Of a DNA stretch of 64,000 nt, positions 9,837 through 18,420 are shown piece by piece. The notes beneath the pieces are model-generated. The model saw only the letters and a list, made by a program, of their open reading frames with translations. It was not told the origin of the DNA and made no database searches. The position numbers and the translations under genes were made by a program. How positions within the stretch are numbered: position 1 is the stretch's first letter; each line of letters begins with the position of its first letter. This DNA is from a virus. The DNA is taken from IMG/VR virus record IMGVR_UViG_3300044712_002706, positions 12,663 through 76,662 of that record; one strand, written 5' to 3'.

Positions 9837-11825
9837 TTAGGGCGTAGGGGTAGGTTGTTGAAGGGAGCGAATGTTTTGTTCGATTTCAGAGCGAAGAACA
9901 GGACTTGTGGTAATAGTAAGGGCGTGTTGGTAGTCGGCCAGTGCGAGGTCTGATTGGCCTTGCTTCGTATAAATCTCACCGCGTAATTTATAGGTACAAG
10001 GAAGGCAAGCCATTTCTGGAGATGCAATACGAATAACTTCGTTGAGGTCGGCCATAGCTAGTGAATATTGGCCTTGATCTGCATAGACGAACCCGCGCGC
10101 GTAAAAAGCTGTAGCGTTATTGGGATTAAGTTGAATGGCTCGTGCAAAGTCAGCGAGTGCTGCAGGATAGTTATGGAGCTGACTATAAGTGTTACCGCGA
10201 TTGAGATATACAAGGGTATTGCTCGGATCAAGTTGAATGGCCTTATTGAAATCTGCCATAGCGGAGGGATAATCTGGGATATTGAGATAAACAACACCAC
10301 GATTGACATAAGCTGCAGTGTAATTGGGATCAAGGTGGATTGCTTCGGTAAAGTCGCTGATAGCGGATGTTTGATCCTGGGTGACAACATACATAACACC
10401 ACGATTGTAAAAAATAGTGGCATCGTTAGGATTGATTTGGATAGCTTTATCAAAATCACTTATAGCGGCGTCGTAATCTCGAGTGAATGAGTAAATAGTA
10501 CCGCGTCTGTTGTAAGCATCCGCATTATCAGGATCGAGTTGAATGGCTTTACTAAAGTCAGCTATCGCAAGAGAGTAATTTTGAATATCGGTGTAAACAA
10601 TACCCCGGCTAAAGTATGCTGAATAATTCTTGGGGTCGAGTTGGATAGCCTGATCGAAATCGGAAATAGCAGATTGGTATTCTTTTGTTTCGGCATAGAG
10701 TGAGCCGCGGTTTTTGTAAGCTATAACAAGCTTAGAATCATATTTGATGGCTTGAGTGAAATCGGCGATTGCGTAAGGATAGTTGTGAGTGCGAAAGTAG
10801 GCTACACCGCGATCGTTGTAGGTACAAGCAAGACAAGCTAAATCCTGTTGAGCAAAGTGAATGGCATCATTAAATGATTCGATAGCTTTGTCCCAATCCT
10901 GCATAGCACTCAATGTTGTACCGCGATAGTAAAGAGCTTCTGAGCGCGTTACAACATCTTCAGCCCATGATGATCGGGAAAGCGCTTGGTCAAAACGTTT
11001 CAATGCGGCAGGATAATCACTGGCTTGGTAACGAACATAGCCACTGAGAAAGAAAATAAAGGTAGTAAGTTCGTGACCGATATCTTGCTGGAAGGTGAAC
11101 GAATCAAGTTTTGTGCTGGCGGCTTGGACTTGCAAGGTTTCGTCCGCATCAAGAATATCTACCTTCTCAGGATGGATATTCTCAATATGAAGAGTTAGGC
11201 GCACATCAGTAGTTGTTTTACCGTAATAGCCCCAAATAACAATATCAGCATGGTGCTTTTCGCCGATTCCGCGAGCATAAACACTGCCTTGTTCTTCGGC
11301 GATTGTTTCAGCAAGGGATATCACTACGGTATCCGTATATACAGCAAGAGAATCTTTAAGCTGAGTGGTCAGTTCTTCTGTAATGCGATAATTCTTTGGA
11401 TCAGGGCCATCTATTTTAGTAACGATAACGACAATTTTATTTTCAAGTTCGGCCTTAAGATGCTGTTCCAGCCAGTAATCGTAGCCGAAGTAAATGCCCC
11501 AAGAAATCCACCCCAAGATAACAGCACCGAAGGTTATGCGGGCGATTTTAAGCCAACTATAAGGGAGTAGTGGTTCCTTTCTTTTTTCTACCAGTTGGGG
11601 ATGCTTCGTAATAATGGTGGGTTGAATGATCTGGGTATGCCAACCAATAGATGCGATAGCCAGAATAACAGTGACCAAACCAAAAGCGATAAGACCGACG
11701 ATGACAAGGTTTTGCTGGAATAGGGTGACAAACCCCGCGATAGCAACAACAGCGGTGATGAAGGCAGATACCTTGCCCCAGATGGAGGCTAGAAATTGGC
11801 TGAATTGTGGCTTATCGTCAGACAT
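9837..11825 (-). CDS. Membrane-anchored TPR-repeat protein
   Basis: Three N-terminal TM segments and about ten 34-aa repeats (AYxNRGxxY...AIxDFxxAIQLDP). Confidence 0.9.
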   Translation of the reverse strand: MSDDKPQFSQFLASIWGKVSAFITAVVAIAGFVTLFQQNLVIVGLIAFGLVTVILAIASIGWHTQIIQPTIITKHPQLVEKRKEPLLPYSWLKIARITFGAVILGWISWGIYFGYDYWLEQHLKAELENKIVVIVTKIDGPDPKNYRITEELTTQLKDSLAVYTDTVVISLAETIAEEQGSVYARGIGEKHHADIVIWGYYGKTTTDVRLTLHIENIHPEKVDILDADETLQVQAASTKLDSFTFQQDIGHELTTFIFFLSGYVRYQASDYPAALKRFDQALSRSSWAEDVVTRSEALYYRGTTLSAMQDWDKAIESFNDAIHFAQQDLACLACTYNDRGVAYFRTHNYPYAIADFTQAIKYDSKLVIAYKNRGSLYAETKEYQSAISDFDQAIQLDPKNYSAYFSRGIVYTDIQNYSLAIADFSKAIQLDPDNADAYNRRGTIYSFTRDYDAAISDFDKAIQINPNDATIFYNRGVMYVVTQDQTSAISDFTEAIHLDPNYTAAYVNRGVVYLNIPDYPSAMADFNKAIQLDPSNTLVYLNRGNTYSQLHNYPAALADFARAIQLNPNNATAFYARGFVYADQGQYSLAMADLNEVIRIASPEMACLPCTYKLRGEIYTKQGQSDLALADYQHALTITTSPVLRSEIEQNIRSLQQPTPTP

Positions 11826-11837
11826 GAAAGTGATTGG

Positions 11838-12010
11838 TTAAGTTATAAAAAGCCCGGCTCCTTGCGGATGCCGGGCAACGGGTTTAAAATACTTGCAGCC
11901 GATGCGTCCACCCACGCGGAGGCGAATGTCTCGCCAGATTGCTGCGGTCACAGCGATTGGCGAGTTTTTTATTGTAGGGTTATTCTATATCAGGTGGGGG
12001 ATGGCTGCAA
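11838..12010 (-). promoter_or_regulatory. Promoter and structured leader with terminator upstream of the TPR-hsd operon
   Basis: TTGCAG-17-TAGAAT on the minus strand, three hairpins, last one GCCCGGC/GCCGGGC followed by T5. Confidence 0.55.
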
Positions 12011-12078
12011 GCGAATCAAAACAAAAAGCAGCGATGAGGAAGATCGTCGCTGCTTTTTGGGTGATAAGTCAGGTGGGC

Positions 12079-12291
12079 CTACTTCAGTCCAACCTGGGCT
12101 ACGAAAACCGCCTGGCGTAACTCGTCTGCATGATGATCGCAGACGACCATGCACTGGATGAAACTGAAAAGGTGAAAACGGATTTCAAAGAGTTTGGTGT
12201 TGTGGGCGTGGTCGTTAGGGTCACAGACGTTGCAGTAGATGTGGGTCGTGTTTTCGAGTTGGGTAACTTCGATTTTCTGGGTGGTGTTCAT
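12079..12291 (-). CDS. Small Cys/His (zinc-binding-like) phage protein
   Basis: CNVCD...CMVVCD-H; close paralog at 58237..58449 with conserved promoter and RBS. Confidence 0.8.
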   Translation of the reverse strand: MNTTQKIEVTQLENTTHIYCNVCDPNDHAHNTKLFEIRFHLFSFIQCMVVCDHHADELRQAVFVAQVGLK

Positions 12292-12338
12292 GGTGATTTC
12301 CTTTCGTGTGGAGTTGTCACCATGTTATGGGGGTGGCG

Positions 12339-12351
12339 TAGGAAGTCAAGG
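12339..12351 (+). repeat. 13-bp direct repeat TAGGAAGTCAAGG, copy 1
   Basis: Identical to 16286-16298; a 12-bp match occurs once in prophage B at 58498-58509. Confidence 0.65.
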
Positions 12352-12591
12352 AGATGAGCAGCCTTGATTGCTCTGGATGAGTCCAGCCTTCAGGAAGTCA
12401 TTTTTCTAATACATTGGCAGTACATCGACAGCTATCTAAAGTTGATCAAATCAAAAGGCGTGATAATTCCCACCAATAATTCATGTATGCTGTATTGTTT
12501 CAAGAGAGAATATCGAAAAAGTTCTGTTATTAGTTTATCCTTATTCAAGTCCCCGAATAAAAGTGGAGTTCCACTTTATCTGTTACAGTAG

Positions 12592-13728
12592 TTATGAAGT
12601 AGAAATCATTCCACTCAATAAATCCGCTGTGGTAAAACGAGTAGTCATGAAAAAAAACTCCTGTGCACTTTTTAAGCACTTCGGACGGGAAGGGCTAAAC
12701 TTAATTCCCTTTAGACTAGATAAGGCACGTTGTCTGGCGGAACCTTCCATAGCCCAAAAATGTGCAACGAGCCCCAGATAAGCTATTGAATGTTCGGTAT
12801 CCACGGGTTCTTTTCGGCAAATCATTCCCTCAAGCTTACTCAAAGTTTCTACCGCAATCAGGAAGTGTTCGTGCTTTAGGGCCGCTGCACCAAGTTCAAA
12901 TAAAGCCAGTGCAGCTTCTGAGAAAGCGCCATTTGGAGAGCGGCTGACAAATTCAACGGTTTCTAAAATCTTACGTACCGGACGTTCATTATCCATTGTG
13001 ATTGCAATTGCCCCTAACCGTTGTAAGGCCCTTAAAATTGCTCCTGTATCAGAAGATGAATCAGTTTCGGATTTCAGCCCATGCTCCAGAATATGCTTTA
13101 AAGTCAAAACTCCCTGGGTAAAATTTGTTACATCTATATCCTTCTGGGTGGCTAGCTCAATGGCTTGGATAATATCTTCCAATCCATTACCACGATAGCA
13201 TTTATGTGCTTGGATTTTATACGCAAGCTTCTCAAGGATTTCAAGGATTCGGATTTTATATCCTCTGACTTTGCCATAATCACCAAGGTAACATATATCA
13301 TCAAGAACTTGCTTATCAGGGATTCCATCGCGCCGGATACGTCGTTCGCACTTCCCCTTTAAATTATTAAGCAAGCTGTCTATTCGATACCGAAGAGACC
13401 AACCTCCTACTAAACCAACAGTAGTCAATGCTATTATCTCATTTGCCCATTGCTGAACACTAAGCATCGAAGTGATATTTGTAATAAAGCTTGAGTTTTT
13501 AGGGTAACAATGCACTACAATCCCTGCAAAAACCAACATGATCAGCATCACAAGAACGATAGATGCATATCCCCATTTTAGAAAACGAGAATGACGGCGA
13601 ACAATACCGCGTAAATCTTCCGAAACGATGGTTTGTAAAACCAGAGAAGGAATCCCCACTCCGAAAAGTAAGAAGGAAATAGCGACTTGAAAATATGTAA
13701 GAGGCCAACCTTGCTCTATATTGCACAT
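12592..13728 (-). CDS. Hypothetical protein with N-terminal TM segments and helical C-terminal domain
   Basis: 378-aa low-GC ORF translationally coupled to the receiver gene. Confidence 0.7.
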   Translation of the reverse strand: MCNIEQGWPLTYFQVAISFLLFGVGIPSLVLQTIVSEDLRGIVRRHSRFLKWGYASIVLVMLIMLVFAGIVVHCYPKNSSFITNITSMLSVQQWANEIIALTTVGLVGGWSLRYRIDSLLNNLKGKCERRIRRDGIPDKQVLDDICYLGDYGKVRGYKIRILEILEKLAYKIQAHKCYRGNGLEDIIQAIELATQKDIDVTNFTQGVLTLKHILEHGLKSETDSSSDTGAILRALQRLGAIAITMDNERPVRKILETVEFVSRSPNGAFSEAALALFELGAAALKHEHFLIAVETLSKLEGMICRKEPVDTEHSIAYLGLVAHFWAMEGSARQRALSSLKGIKFSPSRPKCLKSAQEFFFMTTRFTTADLLSGMISTS

Positions 13729-14225
13729 TAACCACCCTCCTTACTTTGCTCGTATATATCTACAATAAGCTTAAGCAATATTTCTTCCGGCATCTCAACT
13801 CGCTTATGGTAATAAACCTTAATCTGAAGTTGTTTCAGATGCTCATCTAACTCTAATTGACTCTCGACGGTTAATACTCCTATTTTTGCTGATACGATCC
13901 AATCAGGCCGCTTATTCCCTAAGTTTATTTTAGCACTCTGGTGGCCCAGAACGGTATACAAGAAATCGAGGCCAAGTCGAGCAGAAACCTTGTCAGCTCC
14001 GGATTTTTTATGAAGATTGATCCATTCCTTGTCATCCCCCGGTGGGAGCCGAATATCTACAATAATTACATCAAATACATCACTAAGCAGATAAGCAATG
14101 CCAGATGACGCATCTTCTGCGATAACCAGGTCATAATCCCCATCCATATAAACTGGCGCTGCGATGTTCACCAGATCGTATCGCGCCCCGTCCTCTACCC
14201 ATAGAACTCTGCATTTTTTTGTCAT
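13728..14225 (-). CDS. Stand-alone response-regulator receiver domain protein
   Basis: VLWVED, phospho-acceptor IIVDIRLP, IGVLT; no output domain. Confidence 0.8.
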   Translation of the reverse strand: MTKKCRVLWVEDGARYDLVNIAAPVYMDGDYDLVIAEDASSGIAYLLSDVFDVIIVDIRLPPGDDKEWINLHKKSGADKVSARLGLDFLYTVLGHQSAKINLGNKRPDWIVSAKIGVLTVESQLELDEHLKQLQIKVYYHKRVEMPEEILLKLIVDIYEQSKEGG

Positions 14226-14227
14226 AT

Positions 14228-15805
14228 TTATTTTCCTTTATGGTTGCAAATTGGCAACGAAAGCATTGCTGTCTTTATATGCGGAACAGACAAATCTTCT
14301 ATGGGCGAATAATGCGTCGCTGGTCGACTTGTTATCCCTACATCACCACTGTAGCGTTTGGCAGTATCGCGGGCATCTGCCAAGCCTATCCCAGTTCCAA
14401 TTCGGCCGCGCTGATTAGAAAGTCTCCCTCGCCAGCCCAATTGAAAAATAAGATCCCCCTCTATTTCATCCTTGGGGATAGGCACCCCATAATCTTCAAT
14501 TTCGAGACAGACTCGATCTGCATTGATGTAACTGCGAATTTCAATCCAGGGTTTTACATTCGAATCGCGTGACCAACTATATTTGATAGCGTTATGTAGC
14601 AGGTTATTTATTACGCGTATAATGTCATGCCGGCCAGCCCACACGCAGACGGCATCTGCGCGATTATCTGACCGAAAACTAACTCCCTTGTAATCAGCGT
14701 AATCCGTTAGCCCCTTTATTGCTTCTTTTACCAACTCCCAGAACTCACAAACTTCCGGTTTCTCGGCCTTCTTGACGCCGGTAATAACACGTTCGCGCAA
14801 ATCCCGCACCATGTAATCTGTTTCTAGAACACGATCTTGTACCTGGCGAAGCGCAATCAGGCATGTGATTCGTTCGAGTTGTTCGGCGCTGTGCTTAACT
14901 TCTCGGACAAATTCTTGCTTAAAACTGCCTCTCTTTAGTTTGCCTAAAATATCAATTACTTGGCGCGCTGCTCTGCGTAGAACAGGTACACGCGTTTCGG
15001 CAATATTGATCTTCTCCACTTCTTCGATGGTGGATAACAGCTTTTCTAGTTCTGTCCAATCATCAGGCGAGAGAGCCTCTCTTTGGATGGGAGTTTCAAC
15101 GGATACAAGCAACTTACCGAGTGTTGAAATCAGACTCTTCCTCGGCCCAGTCAATTCTTTCCAAATCTGGTCTGTGGGTGGGAGTGTTTTTCCCTTGAAC
15201 GGATCGGAGCCCAAAGCATTTAATGTAGGCGTGATTGCATATCCAACCTGGTGCAAGGTAGCAGATAATGTGTGAAATGTTCTCCCCACATCCTTTTGTA
15301 AATCCTCGATGTTTTCCCGAAGACTCTTTTCTGCTTCACGAAGGTGTTTTTCATCAGTAATATCTTTAGAAATGCCAAAGGTACCAATAATTCTATTCTC
15401 TTCATCTCGCAAAGGCATCTTAGTGGTGGTAACCCATGTATCTGGTCGATCTAGCCAAGTTTCTTTTTCCTCTTTTGCCACCAATGATTCCCCTGTTTGC
15501 ATTATGCGTTGCTCATCCTGATATGCTTGCTCGGCATGTTCCTTGCTGAAATAGTCAAAATCGCTCTTGCCAATTGCTTCAGATGCATCATTCACTCCAA
15601 ATGCTTTGGCTTCTGAACTGGAGATTTTGATAAAACGGGATTTGGTATCTTTAAAGTAGATGTGCTCAGGAAGATTATCCAATAGGGCTTTGAGGAGATG
15701 CGAATCGGATGTAACTGAATATTCTTCATTCTCCTGCCCGATGATCTTGGGTTGTAAAGTTTCATTGGCTACTTGGTTTGTGTTGTGATTGTCTTCCATA
15801 TACAT
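14228..15805 (-). CDS. Cytoplasmic PAS-domain histidine kinase
   Basis: PAS/PAC (IYFKD..SRF, IGKSDFD, TTKMPLRD..IIGTFGIS-DIT) and HATPase boxes (NLLHNAIKYS, EDYG, GTGIGL). H-box is atypical. Confidence 0.88.
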   Translation of the reverse strand: MYMEDNHNTNQVANETLQPKIIGQENEEYSVTSDSHLLKALLDNLPEHIYFKDTKSRFIKISSSEAKAFGVNDASEAIGKSDFDYFSKEHAEQAYQDEQRIMQTGESLVAKEEKETWLDRPDTWVTTTKMPLRDEENRIIGTFGISKDITDEKHLREAEKSLRENIEDLQKDVGRTFHTLSATLHQVGYAITPTLNALGSDPFKGKTLPPTDQIWKELTGPRKSLISTLGKLLVSVETPIQREALSPDDWTELEKLLSTIEEVEKINIAETRVPVLRRAARQVIDILGKLKRGSFKQEFVREVKHSAEQLERITCLIALRQVQDRVLETDYMVRDLRERVITGVKKAEKPEVCEFWELVKEAIKGLTDYADYKGVSFRSDNRADAVCVWAGRHDIIRVINNLLHNAIKYSWSRDSNVKPWIEIRSYINADRVCLEIEDYGVPIPKDEIEGDLIFQLGWRGRLSNQRGRIGTGIGLADARDTAKRYSGDVGITSRPATHYSPIEDLSVPHIKTAMLSLPICNHKGK

Positions 15806-16240
15806 AAACCCTTTTGCTATGCTCCTGATTTTCAACCTGTTTATTTATCTATCAGCCGGGAATAGTTGAATTTGTTTTCATAGTGTGGAGAACCCGAGTT
15901 TAGACACTATGGTTTTCTGTTCCATAATTCGCGGCCTGTGCCCGAAGCCAACACAGACGGCGCTAGAACTAATTTTGTCTAAACTTGAGTTATAGAAAAC
16001 GTAGGATATTTCCCCGAAGGTTTGTGTATCGGGAAAATGCTATCTCATTAAGATTTGGCTTATATAACAAGCATTCTGCACAATGTCATAGCACTATTAA
16101 CTTCACATGCAGTACCCCCTCACAGGGCTTGATCTTCTTAACTCCAGGTGACAACCAAAAACAATAAATATATGACATCACCAATAAATACCCCAATGTT
16201 TTCTAATATTTATTATAGTTACGTACCAGAAAAAAGCAAT

Positions 16241-16275
16241 AAAAACTTCCGCTTATTGGGCGGAAGTTTTCTTTT
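16241..16275. terminator. Bidirectional intrinsic terminator
   Basis: AAAAACTTCCGC-ttattgg-GCGGAAGTTTT. Confidence 0.7.
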
Positions 16276-16285
16276 GGTGGAAGTA

Positions 16286-16298
16286 TAGGAAGTCAAGG
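16286..16298 (+). repeat. 13-bp direct repeat TAGGAAGTCAAGG, copy 2
   Basis: Identical to 12339-12351. Confidence 0.65.
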
Positions 16299-16338
16299 CT
16301 TTGGAGTGCTTGCGTACATGTACTCGCCGCTAGGGCTA

Positions 16339-17100
16339 TTATTCAACCTTGATCTGTTCCAGAGCCACGGCCTTGTAATCGGCTGCTGCAGATTTCTTGA
16401 CACCGAGTTTGGCCGCTTCGAGTTCGCGCAGCGATACACTGGCCGGGTTAGGTGATTTTCGCAGGTAATCGGTCACGGCGAACAGAATGATGGGGTCAAG
16501 ACTATCCGTCCGGCGTGTCCGGGCTTGTCCGCCGGACAATGGTGTTTGTCCAGCGGACACAACCGCCTTGCGGGCCTCGGCATTGGTCAGGAGCTTCTCT
16601 GCCCGCAGCTTTTCCGCTTCCGCCTGGGCAATCAGGGCCTGCGCTTCAGCCTGGGCCTTGATCAGCGAGATTTCGTCCTGCGTCCGCTGGTGTCGGTCGG
16701 CCTTGTCTTTTTCGGCTTTGATCTTCCGTTCGTGCATGTACTCATTAACGGCAATGATCAGGTAGCCAATAATCATGCCGATGGTGGACGTGGCGAGCGA
16801 CTTGGTCTCTGCGCCGATGTAGACGGCGAAGATGACAAAGCCGGAGAGCGTGAGCGCCCCCAGTGTAGCAACGATGAAAGGCCCCAGCTCTCGCAAGGCA
16901 AACGCCCGGGCGGCGGTCTTGTAGGTCTGGAGTTCGACCCAGATCATGCCGCCCATTCCAGCTGCAGCAAGCAGGCCAGGGAAGACCGACCAGAAACTGA
17001 CATCAGCGATGCCAAGTGCCTGGGCGACGGATTTGTAGAGTTGGACGGCCAGAATGAATGCCGGCGGCGTGCCGGCGAGAACGGGGGCGATATCTTTCAT
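16339..17100 (-). CDS. Multi-TM, coiled-coil, C-terminal HTH protein (Spd/DUF2637-like architecture)
   Basis: Four hydrophobic segments, AQAEA coiled coil, C-terminal SLRELEAAKLGVKKSAAADYK. Confidence 0.6.
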   Translation of the reverse strand: MKDIAPVLAGTPPAFILAVQLYKSVAQALGIADVSFWSVFPGLLAAAGMGGMIWVELQTYKTAARAFALRELGPFIVATLGALTLSGFVIFAVYIGAETKSLATSTIGMIIGYLIIAVNEYMHERKIKAEKDKADRHQRTQDEISLIKAQAEAQALIAQAEAEKLRAEKLLTNAEARKAVVSAGQTPLSGGQARTRRTDSLDPIILFAVTDYLRKSPNPASVSLRELEAAKLGVKKSAAADYKAVALEQIKVE

Positions 17101-17168
17101 GGTTTGTTACCTACACTTTTCAAGTTGGGTATCCCTGACCGGGGGTCAGGGATACAGAGAATTGGCGG

Positions 17169-17486
17169 TCAAAAAGTTTCCCAGGCGTCGAATTCACCAA
17201 TTAAGTTAACCATTTCAAACAATGCACCACCAGACATGTTTTGATTGGCATCCTCCGAGACTTGGCCTTCGAATTCGGCTAATTGCCTCTGATAGTCCCT
17301 AAAAACCTCTACAAGGGAAGCGAGTCGATGAATGTTCTTTGGGGCATTATTTTTGAGCCAGTCCAATACCAGTTCCCTACCCAGAAATGCCAGATGCTCG
17401 GCTGATTCTGGATGGACGATGGGTTCTGCAAGAACGACACCCTGTTCTTTGGCTTTTTCTTGTGCAGATGTGGATGAAGTAGACAT
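17169..17486 (-). CDS. Hypothetical protein
   Basis: ORF with AGGAG RBS within the leftward operon. Confidence 0.55.
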   Translation of the reverse strand: MSTSSTSAQEKAKEQGVVLAEPIVHPESAEHLAFLGRELVLDWLKNNAPKNIHRLASLVEVFRDYQRQLAEFEGQVSEDANQNMSGGALFEMVNLIGEFDAWETF

Positions 17487-17595
17487 AATATGCAATCTCC
17501 TGTTGTGTATGGAATGGTCTGGCTTGAGTAGCCAGTTTGGCGCAGCTTGGCTGCGAAGTAACTCATTCTATACACATCGGCAGTGTTGTAGTCAC

Positions 17596-17799
17596 TTACA
17601 TCCTCATGGCATGAGAAACCGGCTGCCGCCCGTTACCCAGCGCCTGGCGTTTTTCGGTAGCCAGGGCAATGGCCTGGCTCTTGCTGCTGGCCCAGACGGT
17701 CTCGATGACGCCGTCGGTGAACGAGACAGCCCACTGGCGCAGGGTAGTGGTGGCGTAGGTGGCGAGTGTTTTGGCGGTCTTGGTGGCGGTGGGGTTCAT
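17596..17799 (-). CDS. Small phage protein
   Basis: Paralog of 63806..64000 (TAKTLATYA, QWAV, WASSK-QAIALA). Confidence 0.75.
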   Translation of the reverse strand: MNPTATKTAKTLATYATTTLRQWAVSFTDGVIETVWASSKSQAIALATEKRQALGNGRQPVSHAMRM

Positions 17800-18035
17800 G
17801 GCTGGTTCTTGATGAGTGGAAAGTAGATGATGGATTCGGTTGGCAATGGCCCGCCATGCTCGTGGCACGGTTCGGGGTAATCCGGCGACGGCGGAAGGCA
17901 GGTGGGTTCGGAAGTCTCGTTCGGGCCGGGGTAGGCACGAGAGCCGTTGGGCTGGATGGTGCTGGCCAGCAGTGTCAGGATAATCAGGGCGGCCACCAGG
18001 ATCAGGCGACCCATGGGGAGTCGGTATGTCTTCAT
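17796..18035 (-). CDS. Small secreted protein with Chloroflexi-type YFPLIK C-terminal motif
   Basis: Signal peptide-like N-terminus, Pro-rich middle, IIYFPLIKN end. Confidence 0.6.
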   Translation of the reverse strand: MKTYRLPMGRLILVAALIILTLLASTIQPNGSRAYPGPNETSEPTCLPPSPDYPEPCHEHGGPLPTESIIYFPLIKNQP

Positions 18036-18037
18036 CG

Positions 18038-18325
18038 CTACATCGTAGATGCAATCATGGAAACGGCAATAACAAGGGCAATCACGCCAAATATCTTCCA
18101 CCCCATACTGGGAGTCAGGCGGAAGATGCGCTCGGATTGGGTGGGCTTCTTTTTATGGTCGCCTTTGCTGAAATAGTTGTCCAGGAGAGAATCGGGGATT
18201 TTGTCTCCGCAGTTTGGGCAGTGCATGGCATAGGCCTTTCGGTTGGTGCGGGCGGTTTTGCGCCGGCGGGAAGATTGGGGGTAGCTGTAGGGATAGGGCT
18301 GGTAATAGGGGTATTTGGGGGGCAT
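18038..18325 (-). CDS. Small protein with CxxC motif and C-terminal TM segment
   Basis: AAGGAG RBS, HCPNCG, hydrophobic tail. Confidence 0.6.
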   Translation of the reverse strand: MPPKYPYYQPYPYSYPQSSRRRKTARTNRKAYAMHCPNCGDKIPDSLLDNYFSKGDHKKKPTQSERIFRLTPSMGWKIFGVIALVIAVSMIASTM

Positions 18326-18341
18326 GATGTTCTCCTTTTGG

Positions 18342-18420
18342 GTGCTACTACTGCTTCTGAGTGCTACTACTACTGCTTCTAGCCGCCAAAAGCGGGCAAA
18401 TCCGAAGTAGTAGTAGCACT
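18342..18420. repeat. Direct and inverted GTGCTACTAC(TAC)TGCTTC repeats at the 3' end of the FtsK gene
   Basis: Direct copies at 18342-18358 and 18361-18380; inverted copy at 18404-18419. Confidence 0.75.

Noticed and set aside
9827..10027. N-terminal extension of hsdM in the ORF track
   Set aside because: It overlaps the TPR gene; the HsdM-like sequence starts at the ATG at 9826.
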